Origin: an uncultured Acidimicrobiia bacterium | Lineage (GTDB): Bacteria; Actinomycetota; Acidimicrobiia; IMCC26256; PALSA-555 | Direction: 5' to 3' | Assembly: GCA_963809885.1 (NCBI GenBank) | Contig: CAWELA010000004.1 | Coordinates: 61,019-125,018, forward strand | DNA: 64,000 nt | Shown here: in pieces, positions 9,352 to 18,026 of the stretch | Position numbering within the stretch: position 1 is the first letter of the stretch | Layout of the letters: every line of letters starts with the position of its first letter | Made by a program: the position numbers and the translations under genes | The notes under the pieces: model-generated | The model's database searches: none | Seen by the model: the letters and a program-made list of their open reading frames with translations, nothing else | Told to the model about the DNA's origin: nothing

Positions 9352-10032
9352 TCAGGGCAAGGCGGACTGCTCCGCGGTTCGCATGCTGAGCTCGCCGCTG
9401 CGCTTGACGTGCACGCGCATCGCACGCTCGGCGGCCTTGGCATTGCCTGCGAGGATCGCCGCGGCGACCGCCGCGTGATCCTCGATCGAGTTCGGCATCG
9501 CCGAATCCTCGACGATCATGCGGCGGAACAGCAGGCGGAACGCGTGCACCTGGAGCTGAGGGATCAACCGGGCGAGGAGTCGGCTCCCGCTGAGCTCGAC
9601 GACGAGCTCGTGGAAGCGCTCGTTCTCGTCCATGTACGCCATCGTGTCGCTGCGCCCACGGAACTCGTCGATGATGCCGATCTCGCGTTCGAGTCGGGCC
9701 CGGTTGTCGTCCTCGTCGATGCGCAGGGCGGCCAGGCGCGCCGCCTCACCCTCGAGCAGCTCTCGGATGTTGAACAGGTCCCGGACGTCCTCACGCCCCA
9801 GTCGCCGCACGACCGCACCGCGGTAGGGCTCCAGCTCGAGCACGCCCTCGGCAGCGAGCCGACCCATCGCCTCCCGCAGCGGTCCGCGGCTGATCCCGAG
9901 CTCGGCCGTGAGGTCCGCTTCGACCAGCCGCTGACCGGGTGCGTAGCGACCATCCTTCACGCCCTCGATGATCGCTTCGATCACCGACTCGACCGCCGTC
10001 TGTCGGGGTCCCTGGGCTGCCGCAGTCGTCAT
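9352..10032 (-). CDS. GntR-family transcriptional regulator (FadR/FCD C-terminal domain type)
   Basis: ORF-track 226 aa. The winged-HTH is ...GRYAPGQRLVEADLTAELGISRGPLREAMGRLAAEGVLELEPYRGAVVRRL, followed by a helical FCD-like domain. Confidence 0.9.
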   Translation of the reverse strand: MTTAAAQGPRQTAVESVIEAIIEGVKDGRYAPGQRLVEADLTAELGISRGPLREAMGRLAAEGVLELEPYRGAVVRRLGREDVRDLFNIRELLEGEAARLAALRIDEDDNRARLEREIGIIDEFRGRSDTMAYMDENERFHELVVELSGSRLLARLIPQLQVHAFRLLFRRMIVEDSAMPNSIEDHAAVAAAILAGNAKAAERAMRVHVKRSGELSMRTAEQSALP

Positions 10033-10071
10033 CGTGGCCCACCAATGTCCGACGGCTCGATCGCTGGAACC

Positions 10072-11571
10072 CTAGCGGCGGTCGACGACACGCTTGGCCT
10101 TGAACTCCGTGGGAGGGAGCGACCCTGGCGCCACCACCTCGACGACGGGTCGGAGCTCGCATCGCGAAACGATCTCCATCTCGACGAGACCGGCCAGCTC
10201 GGCATGCTCGTCCGGGCTCACGTCCGGTCGCGGCTCGACCTGAATGGTGAGGACGTCGAGGTTCCGCTCGGTGCTGATGTCGATCTGGAACTCCGAGCCG
10301 ACCTGGGCCACCCGGCGGACCGCGTCCTCGATGGCGCTGGGGAACAGGGTCACGCCGCGCACGTTCAACATGTCGTCGGCGCGCCCCACGAAGCCGCCGT
10401 CGGCACGCTGGTGCGTTCGCCCACACGCGCACGGCTCGGTGGTGAGCGTCGTGTAGTCACCGACGAGGAAGCGCAGCTGGGGTGAGGACTCCGAACAGAG
10501 GTTGGTGACGACCGACAGTCCCCGCTGGCCGGCCGGGACCGCTGCGAGGGTCTCGGCATCGACCGTCTCCCAGACCTGGAGGTCCTCCATGAGGTGCGTG
10601 CTGACGGGGCCGTCCTTGTCGGCCGCGACCGCGGCGCACGTGTACCCGCCGGCCGCCGGGGCTGCCTCGGTGCACCCGTAGAACTCATGGAGCTCCGCGT
10701 TCCATGCCGCCTCCAGCCGGGACCGGGTCGCCGGCACCGCGAAGCCCGGTTCACCGGCGCAGAAGAGGTACCGCACCGACGAAGCCGCGGGGTCGATGCC
10801 CAGCTCGGTCATCACGCCGGCCAGGAACATGGCGTACGACGGCGTGCACGCGAGGATCGTCGGCCGGTACTGGTCGATGAAGCGTGCCCGCATCCTCGTG
10901 TCGAGCCCACCCCCGGTGAGGATGGGGATCCCCATCAGGTTCAGCGCGTAGTGGACGCCCCAGAGCCAGACGTGCGGCCCGTACCCGAACGCCACCAGCG
11001 CGACGTCTCGATCGGGCCGGAAGCCCATCGCGTACATCGCACGCGCGTCGGCCCAGGCCCAGATCTCGCGGTCGAAGGCCGTGTAGCGGAAAGCCCGCGG
11101 GGTACCGGTCGTGCCCGAGGTGAGGAAGATCTGCCATCCACGCTCGCGCCAGACCTCATCGTCGACCGCGGTGTACGTGCCCCACGGCGGACGCGACTCC
11201 AGGTCCGTCGCCATCTCGTGCTTGGTGGTGACGGGCAGCGCGGCCAGGTCGTCGACGGTGCGGATCGCCTCCGGCGCGATGCCGAGCGCGTCGAGCTTGC
11301 GCCGGTAGAGGCCGATGGTGTCGTAGGCGTACCGGACCGCAGGTCCGACCTTCGCGTCCTGGATCGCCCGCAGCTCGTCACGGGAGGCCGTGTCGAGCGA
11401 GCGGCACCAGTACTGGTCGTCGTCGGGAATGCCCGGCGAACGACGGTGCTCGTCGATCACCGACACCCACGCCGCGCGTCGCTCGTCCACTCGGGCGACC
11501 CCCTGCTCTCCCCGGACCCTCGCACCGACGGCCCACCCTGCGGTGACGGTCCATCCTGCTGTGACGGCCAT
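10072..11571 (-). CDS. phenylacetate-CoA ligase (PaaK)/coenzyme F390 synthetase-like adenylate-forming enzyme
   Basis: ORF-track 499 aa: ...IFLTSGTTGTPRAFRYT..., ...CTPSYAMFLAG..., ...EFYGCTEAA..., ...GRADDMLNVRGVTLFPSAIE.... The true start may be internal, because the first ~45 codons are low-complexity (TAGWTVTAGW). Confidence 0.75.
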   Translation of the reverse strand: MAVTAGWTVTAGWAVGARVRGEQGVARVDERRAAWVSVIDEHRRSPGIPDDDQYWCRSLDTASRDELRAIQDAKVGPAVRYAYDTIGLYRRKLDALGIAPEAIRTVDDLAALPVTTKHEMATDLESRPPWGTYTAVDDEVWRERGWQIFLTSGTTGTPRAFRYTAFDREIWAWADARAMYAMGFRPDRDVALVAFGYGPHVWLWGVHYALNLMGIPILTGGGLDTRMRARFIDQYRPTILACTPSYAMFLAGVMTELGIDPAASSVRYLFCAGEPGFAVPATRSRLEAAWNAELHEFYGCTEAAPAAGGYTCAAVAADKDGPVSTHLMEDLQVWETVDAETLAAVPAGQRGLSVVTNLCSESSPQLRFLVGDYTTLTTEPCACGRTHQRADGGFVGRADDMLNVRGVTLFPSAIEDAVRRVAQVGSEFQIDISTERNLDVLTIQVEPRPDVSPDEHAELAGLVEMEIVSRCELRPVVEVVAPGSLPPTEFKAKRVVDRR

Positions 11572-11649
11572 CTTGATTGTTCGACAACATCATCCTACGC
11601 TTCCGCGCCGTGAGCGACCCTTCCACCGACCCGCTCGACGCGGTGATCG

Positions 11650-12585
11650 GTGACCCCGAGGTCGCCGCCGCGCTCGGCCGACCCCGACGCGGCGGCCCCG
11701 GCGGTCCTCGACCGGGTGCACCGCCTCGAACATCGGATCCCGGTCGGTGACGGGAACGTCGTGGCCGTCACCGAGAGCGTCTCGGCCCGGGCATTGCTGC
11801 GGGCGCCCCGGCGAGCGGTCGTGCACCTCTCGGGTCCGGTCACGGTCCGATCGAGCTGGAACATCCCCGTCGAGGGGTATGACGCCGGCGCGCAGGACGC
11901 CGCGCGGGGCCTCCACTCCTTCACGATCGACTACCTCGGATTCGGCGACAGCAGCCGACCTGTCGACGGCGCGCTCCTCACGCCACTCGACCAGGTCGAG
12001 CCGGTGCGCGTCGCGCTCGCGCATCTCCAGCAGCTGCGCGAGATCTCGGTCGGTCTCGACCTCGTCGTCGAGTCCGTCGGCGGCGGGATCGGCACCCAGC
12101 TCGCGGCCGACGACCGCCTCGTGCGGTCGGTCGTGCTCACGACCATCCTCTACACCGGGATGTCGGAGCTCGCGCGGTCGATCCTGCTCTCCGACGACTT
12201 CCGCTCCTACCTCGAGGGCTTCGCGGACGGCTATTTGGTCACCGACGGCCCGTACTACGGCCAGTTCACCGCACCGTCGCCGCCCGCGCTCGCCGAGTGG
12301 CTGGCGGCGACCCAGCCGGACCGCTATCCGACGGGCTTCTTCCTGCGCATGTACAACGGTCTCCCGTACTTCGACCCTTCAGTCGCGCGGGTCCGCGGGC
12401 TCGTCCTGCCGGGCCCGGGTGACTTCGTGCCGGTCGAAGGTGACGCCGAGGCGCTGGCGCGCGACTACGGGAAGAGCGGAGCCGACCTGATACTGCTCCA
12501 CGGCGGTGGCCACAACCCGCGTTTCGAGACGGGCGACGTCGTCGAGGACTACTGGCGCCACGTCTACGAGTTCATCGAGGCCTGA
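11650..12585 (+). CDS. alpha/beta-hydrolase-fold protein
   Basis: ORF-track 311 aa: ...FTIDYLGFGDSSRP..., nucleophile-elbow-like LVVESVGGGIG, C-terminal LLHGGGHNPRFE. The N-terminal limit is uncertain (GTG 11650 is only the longest option). Confidence 0.55.
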   Translation: MTPRSPPRSADPDAAAPAVLDRVHRLEHRIPVGDGNVVAVTESVSARALLRAPRRAVVHLSGPVTVRSSWNIPVEGYDAGAQDAARGLHSFTIDYLGFGDSSRPVDGALLTPLDQVEPVRVALAHLQQLREISVGLDLVVESVGGGIGTQLAADDRLVRSVVLTTILYTGMSELARSILLSDDFRSYLEGFADGYLVTDGPYYGQFTAPSPPALAEWLAATQPDRYPTGFFLRMYNGLPYFDPSVARVRGLVLPGPGDFVPVEGDAEALARDYGKSGADLILLHGGGHNPRFETGDVVEDYWRHVYEFIEA

Positions 12586-12614
12586 CCAGCAACGTCACCG
12601 AGGGGGAGAGATCG

Positions 12615-14219
12615 ATGACCGCGACCGTGACTCCGCACCGCGGAGACGTCCAAGAGGCGATCGAACAGCTCCGAGGTGTGCTCGGCGACGAGGGTCTCGT
12701 GACCGACGAGGCCGAGCGCCGGTGGCACGCGGCGGACTTCACCGACGCCGAGGTCCCGCTGCCCGTCGCCGTCGTGCGCCCATCGTCGACGATCGAGGTC
12801 ACCGAGACCGTGAAGATCGCGCAGGCCGCGGGGCTCGCGGTCGTCGCACGCGGTGGCGGCATGTCCTACACGCTGTCGCACACACCGTCGCGCCCCGACA
12901 CGATCATCTTCGATCTCCGGCGCTTGGACCGGATCGTGGAGGTCAACCTCGACGACCGATACGTCACCGTCGAACCCGGTGTCACCTGGGCACAGCTGAT
13001 CGACGAGCTCGACGGCACCGGCATGACGATCGTCTTCGGTGGGACGCTCTCCGGCTTGCACGCCACGGTCGGCGGGACGCTCTCGCAGAACTCGGTGGGC
13101 GTCGGACGCGGGTTCCTCAGCGACCGACTCCTCGGGCTCGAGGTCGTCCTCGGTGACGGCCGCGTGCTCCGGACTGGCTCGGGGGCCGCGGCGGGCACGG
13201 CGCCCTTCACCCGGCACTTCGGGCCGGACCTCGGAGCCCTCTTCGTGGCGGACTCCGGAGCCTTCGGGATCAAGACCCGGATCACCCTGCTGCTCGATCC
13301 CGCGCCGGGCGGCAGCGCGTTCGGTTGTTTCTCGTTCGACGACGGGAAGGCGATGGCGCGCGCGCAGGTCGAGATCTGCCGGAGCGTGCCGGTGTCCGAC
13401 TGCATCGGCGCGGATGCGTTCATGAACTCGGTCATGGCCGAGATGCCGCCCCCACCCAAGGAGGAGACGCGAGCGCTCGTTCGCCGAGCGCTCGCGGCGA
13501 CCGACAGCAAGCCGCGCGTGCTTCGCCACCTCTTGCGGGCCGCGCGGCCGGGCGGGATGAAGTACCTCGCCAAGGTGAAGTGGTCACTGAACGTGGCGTG
13601 TGACGCCTCGGATCAGGCCGCGGCGGATCGCAACCTCGCAAAGGTGCGCCGGATCGCGCGTCGCCACGGCGGGAAGTCGATCTCGCCCGCGATGATGCTC
13701 GGCATGCGCTACGCCACCTTCCAGCCGATCCATCCGCTGATGGTCGGCAAGCAGGGCGAGGCCGGGTTCCCCTCGAACGCCATGTTCCCCTTGTCGGCCG
13801 CCGAATCCGCGATCGACGCCCTCGACCGTTTCGAGGCCGACAACCGCGACCTGATGCGGGAGCACGGCATCTCCCTCGTCCGCAACTACCTGCTGGGTGG
13901 GCACAGCTTCGGGATCGAGCCGATCCTCTTCTGGCCCGATCGGCTCAGTGAGTACCGGGCGTCGTGGGCGTCGGACGAGCAGCGGGCCGAGTTCGGTGAC
14001 GTGCCGAGCAACGACGCCGGACGGGCAGCCGTGCTCGATCTGCGGCAGCGGATGATCGCGATGTTCCGTGAGATCGGCGCGGTGCACATCCAGATCGGGA
14101 AGGTGTACCCGTACCGCGAGGCCCTGTCCGGCACGGTCGCCTGGGACGTGCTCGAGCGCGTGAAGTCGATCGTCGATCCCGATCGCCTCGTCAACCCCGG
14201 CGTCCTCGGATTCGATTGA
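12615..14219 (+). CDS. FAD-binding oxidoreductase (PCMH/FAD_binding_4 type, GlcD/vanillyl-alcohol-oxidase-like)
   Basis: ORF-track 534 aa. The N-terminal FAD domain reads ...VVRPSSTIEVTETVKIAQAAGLAVVARGGGMSYT.... GAGGGGGAGAG SD precedes ATG 12615. Confidence 0.8.
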   Translation: MTATVTPHRGDVQEAIEQLRGVLGDEGLVTDEAERRWHAADFTDAEVPLPVAVVRPSSTIEVTETVKIAQAAGLAVVARGGGMSYTLSHTPSRPDTIIFDLRRLDRIVEVNLDDRYVTVEPGVTWAQLIDELDGTGMTIVFGGTLSGLHATVGGTLSQNSVGVGRGFLSDRLLGLEVVLGDGRVLRTGSGAAAGTAPFTRHFGPDLGALFVADSGAFGIKTRITLLLDPAPGGSAFGCFSFDDGKAMARAQVEICRSVPVSDCIGADAFMNSVMAEMPPPPKEETRALVRRALAATDSKPRVLRHLLRAARPGGMKYLAKVKWSLNVACDASDQAAADRNLAKVRRIARRHGGKSISPAMMLGMRYATFQPIHPLMVGKQGEAGFPSNAMFPLSAAESAIDALDRFEADNRDLMREHGISLVRNYLLGGHSFGIEPILFWPDRLSEYRASWASDEQRAEFGDVPSNDAGRAAVLDLRQRMIAMFREIGAVHIQIGKVYPYREALSGTVAWDVLERVKSIVDPDRLVNPGVLGFD

Positions 14220-14229
14220 AGGAGGCGAA

Positions 14230-14704
14230 GTGACTGATCTCGAGTCCCTGGCCGCGCGTGTCCGTACCCTCGAGGACACGCTCGCGATCCAGGACATCAT
14301 GGCCGAAGTACGGCCGGATGCTCGACACCGGCGTCGTGGGACGAGTACCGCACGCTCTTCACCGACGACATCCACGCGGTCGCACGACGTGGTGATCGCG
14401 CCGATCGAGGGCCTCGACACGTTCATGGCCGTCGCCGAACAGCTGTCGACGCTCATGGAGGACGCCCAGCACTACGTCACGAACGTGGAGGTCGACCTGG
14501 ACGGGGACGAGGCGGTAGCGCGCGCGTTCGTGTTCGCGATGCACGATGTCGTTCTCGACGGCGAACGGCAGCTCGTCCCCGCCGGCGGCCGGTACGAGAA
14601 CAAGCTGCGGCGCACGTCCGACGGGTGGCGGATCTCGCAGCCTCACCGTGCACGAGACCTGGCTCGACGACCGTGTCGGCAAGATCTACGCGGACGCTGG
14701 TTGA
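14230..14704 (+). pseudogene. SnoaL-like/NTF2-fold protein, four frame breaks as assembled
   Basis: The protein is followed through successive frames: MTDLESLAARVRTLEDTLAIQDIMA | KYGRMLDTG | WDEYRTLFTDDIHAV | HDVVIAPIEGLDTFMAVAEQL...GRYENKLRRTSDGWRISQ | LTVHETWLDDRVGKIYADAG* (TGA 14702-14704). Breaks lie at about 14305, 14335, 14382 and 14641, each a +1 step. Confidence 0.6.
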
Positions 14705-14707
14705 CGG

Positions 14708-15197
14708 CTAGGACTCGCCCGGGAACATCCGGGCGGCGGCGCCCCCGGGATCGTGGGTGAACAGCACGTTGGGCTGGACGCGGCAGAGCTTCCAGCCCTC
14801 GGGTGTGCGTCGGAGCAGGTTGTCGAAGCGGGCCGCACCGATCAAGAGCTGATGCTCGACCGGCTGGTCCGGCCAGAAGTGCATCGCCTGCGCGTGGAAG
14901 CGCGCGCGGGCCCGATCGCCCTCGACCTCGACCACGAAGTTGGCGTACATGTGATGGCACAGACCGCCACGTGCCGCGAGACCCGCGCGCGAACGCGATC
15001 CATTCGTCGCGAGGTGCAAAGCACCCGAGCAGCCCGTAGTCGACGACGCAGTCATCCGTCATCGTCGTGGCGTAGTGGTCGAAGGACTCGTCCGAGAGCT
15101 CCCGTGCCGTGCGGTCGACTGCGGCCGCATAGCGCGTGCAGGCGTCGATCACCGCCTGGCGGTCGAGGAGCTCCTCGAGAGTGGTGGCATCGTTCAT
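14708..15197 (-). pseudogene. SnoaL-like/NTF2-fold protein, one frame break as assembled
   Basis: ORF 14643..15197 supplies the N-terminus (MNDATTLEELLDRQAVIDACTRYAAAVD...DEWIAFARG). The protein continues in ORF 14708..15055 (LAARGGLCHHMYANFVVEVEGDRARARFHAQAMHFW...GWKLCRVQPNVLFTHDPGGAAARMFPGES*). The break is at about 14981. Confidence 0.6.
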
Positions 15198-16128
15198 GGG
15201 TTCGGTTCTCCCGGTGTGGTTGCCAGTCTCTCTTGAGGTGCTTCGGTGTCGGCGACGGCGAGCGGTGAGATCACTCGCAGCAGCGCGTCGAGGGTGCGGA
15301 CGGTCGGAACGGCGATGTCGTGGGCTGCGGCCTTGCGCACGACCACGCCGGTGATGCCGTCGGTCTCGAACGGGCGCCCTGCTTCCAGGTCCTGCAGCGT
15401 CGAAGTGGTCTTGTCAGGCGGCATGCCGAGGATCATCTGCACCATCGCTTCGACATCGTGGTCGTCGAGCACGACGCCATCAGCACGCGCAACCGCGGCC
15501 GTCTCCGTCACGGCGGCGCGCGCGACCGCGTGGATCTCGGGGACCGCGAGCAGTGCGCCGAACCTCGACCCGGTGATCGCGGTGAGGCTGTTGCCGGCAA
15601 CGTTCCCGAGGAGCTTGCGCCAAGAAGCGACCCGGATGTCCGGATCGGTCTCGGTCGGGATGCCGTGTCGCCCGAGCCAGCCCGCGAGGTCGGCGTCCTC
15701 GACCACCAGGTGCGCGCCGGCGAGCTCGGTCCGGACGTGCGTCGGACCGAGGCGCTCGGCGCCGCAGTAGACGACTGCCGCGTCGACTGCTGCGTGGGTC
15801 CGGCGCAGGATGTCGGTGTTCTCCACGCCGTTCTGCGCGCTCAGCAGGCGCGCCGGCGGGAGCGCGGCACCTACCGCCGCCGTGTGCTGGGACTTCACCG
15901 CGACGACGATCAGGTCCCAGGCCCCGGCGGGGACGCGGTCACGCTGACGGGGCCCGACCAGTCGCCGTCGGGACCCTCCAACGTGAACGGCTCACCCGCG
16001 CCGAGCCGCTCGGTCGCAGCTCCCCGGATCCACCCGGTGACATCCGCTCCGTGCTGGGTCAGGCGGGCGAGCAGCCACCCGCCGATCGCTCCGACGCCCG
16101 CGACCAGCACCCGAGCGTCGTCGTGCAC
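15194..16128 (-). pseudogene. 2-dehydropantoate 2-reductase (ketopantoate reductase, PanE/ApbA) family protein, one frame break as assembled
   Basis: ORF 15910..16128 holds the N-terminal Rossmann motif (MHDDARVLVAGVGAIGGWLLARL...). The protein continues as ...PAGAWDLIVVAVKSQHTAAV...ASWRKLLGNVAGNSLTAI... in ORF 15194..15898. The break is at about 15930 and behaves as -1. An ATGA overlap joins it to the downstream SnoaL gene. Confidence 0.75.
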
Positions 16129-16138
16129 GTCCGGTGCC

Positions 16139-17068
16139 TCAGGCCCCGAGCGCCTGGCGCAGTGCCGCCCCGAGCTCGTCGAGCGCTCGCTCGCCGTCGT
16201 CGATCTGGCCCTTGAAGTTCACCCATCCGTGGATCATGCCGGGATAGTCCGTGTGCTCGACGTCGATGCCCTCGGCCCGGAGGCGACGGACGAGCTCGAA
16301 GCCCTGGTCCCGGACGGGATCGTGCTCCGCGGTCAGGACGATCGCCGGTGGCAACCCGCCGAGGTCGTCGACGTGGTTCAGTTGGGCGAGTGGCAGCGCG
16401 GCGTCGGCGGGATCGGAGAAGTACTGGCCCTCGATCCAGCGGCACAGCTCGAGGGTCAAGAAGCACCCCTCGGCGTTCTCGACGAACGAGCCACGGTCGT
16501 AGTCGAAGTCGAGCCCGCCGGGGTTGATGAGGTACTGGAAGGCGATCGGTGGTCCTCCTCGGTCGCGCGCCATCAGAGCGACGGTCGACGCGAACGTCGC
16601 GCCTCCACTGTCGCCGCCCACCGCCAGTCGGGCGGAGTCGAGAGCGAGCTCGTCGGCGTGCTCGGAGATCCAGGTGGTGGCGGCGTACGAGTCCTCGATG
16701 CCGGCCGGGAACCTGTGCTCGGGCGCGAGGCGATAGTCGACGGCGATCACGGCGCAGCCGCTCCGCCGGGCGAGCGCGCGGCACAGCCGGTCGTGGCTGG
16801 TCAGGCTGCCGGCCGTGAACCCGCCGCCGTGGAGGTAGACCGCAACCGGGAGCACGGGGTCGGTCGTCGGCCGGTACATCCGGATCGGGATCGGCCCGTT
16901 CGGTCCCGGGATCTCGCGATCGACGACCGCGGCGAGGTTCTCGAGCTCGCCGGCGAGCACGTCACCGGCGTCGAGGCCGGCGCGTGCGACCTCGATGGGG
17001 GCTTCGTGCGGGGCAGGGCCATTGCTCAGGAGATCGACGACGGCCTGGGCCTGGGGGTGCAGCGTCAT
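16139..17068 (-). CDS. alpha/beta hydrolase, HSL-type esterase, copy 2
   Basis: ATG 17068 lies inside ORF 16139..17323: MTLHPQAQAVVDLL...VYLHGGGFTAGS...DYRLAPEHRFP...LAVGGDSGGATFA...GMIHGW. 309 aa. An ATGA overlap joins it to the upstream esterase. Confidence 0.85.
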   Translation of the reverse strand: MTLHPQAQAVVDLLSNGPAPHEAPIEVARAGLDAGDVLAGELENLAAVVDREIPGPNGPIPIRMYRPTTDPVLPVAVYLHGGGFTAGSLTSHDRLCRALARRSGCAVIAVDYRLAPEHRFPAGIEDSYAATTWISEHADELALDSARLAVGGDSGGATFASTVALMARDRGGPPIAFQYLINPGGLDFDYDRGSFVENAEGCFLTLELCRWIEGQYFSDPADAALPLAQLNHVDDLGGLPPAIVLTAEHDPVRDQGFELVRRLRAEGIDVEHTDYPGMIHGWVNFKGQIDDGERALDELGAALRQALGA

Positions 17069-18025
17069 GGTGCGCTCGCGGCGGGTGCTCCGGTCCCGAG
17101 CGCGTTGCGGAGCGCGCCGCTCACCTCGGCGATCGCGTCGTGGGCTGCGTCGATGATGCCGCCCATGGCCCACCAACCCATCAGCATGCCCTCGTACATG
17201 GTGATCGTGGTGGGGACGCCGGCCTCCTGGAGACGCCGGCCGTAGGCCTCCATGTCGCTGCGCGCGACGTTGTACTCCGGATAGATGAGCAAGGCGGGCG
17301 GGAGGCCGGTCAGATCGGGGCACCGCAGCGGCGAGGCCCGCCAGTCACCCCACTCTTCGGGGTTCGTGAAGTACATCTCACGAAACCACCGACCAACATC
17401 GGCCGTCACGAAGTAGTCGTGGTCGTACTCCGTCCACGACGGCGACTCGAAGCGCCAGTCGACGTCCGGGTACACCATCACCTGGAGGCGCACCGCCGGA
17501 GCACCCACGTCTCGCGCCAGGATCGAGACGACGGTCGAGAGCCCACCACCCACGCTGTCGCCGACCACCGCGAGCCGGCTGCCGTCCACGGCGATCTCGT
17601 CGCCGTGCTCCGAGACCCATCGAAGCGCGGCGAACGCGTCGTCGACGGCCGCAGGGAACTTGTGCTCGGGCGCCCGGCGATAGTCGACGGCGACGACCGC
17701 GCCGCGCGCACCGTTGGCCAGGGACCGGCACAACGTGTCGTGGCTGTCGAGGCTGCCCATGACGAAGCCGCCGGCATGGAAGTAGACGGTCACCGGCGGT
17801 CGGTCCCCGGTGCTCGCGCCCTGCGGGCGATACACGCGGATCCGTAGTGGTCCCGCGGGGCCCGGGATGTCGTGATCCTCGACGGTCGCGACGTCGGGGG
17901 GCTCGCCCGCGAGCAGCGTTGAATCCGTCCATCATCGCTCGCGCGTCGGCGAGCTCCATCTCGTTCGGCCCCGGCTGGCCGGCGGCCTGGTCGAGGAACT
18001 GCTGCGCCTGCGGGTGCACGGGCAT
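17065..18025 (-). pseudogene. alpha/beta hydrolase, HSL-type esterase, copy 3, one frame break as assembled
   Basis: The N-terminus MPVHPQAQQFLDQAAGQPGPNEMELADARAMMDGFNAA lies in the frame of ORF 17378..18100. It is followed by LAGEPPDVATVEDHDIPGPAGPLRIRVYRPQ...VYFHAGGFVMGS...DYRRAPEHKFP...LAVVGDSVGGGLS in ORF 17065..17835. The break is at about 17912. Confidence 0.8.
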
Positions 18026-18026
18026 C

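Noticed and set aside
11527-11571. N-terminal peptide repeat MAVTAGWTVTAGWAV of the PaaK-like ORF
   Set aside because: It is probably upstream of the real start codon, since the conserved region begins around ...DDDQYW.... It reflects a short DNA direct repeat in the leader, not a meaningful protein repeat.
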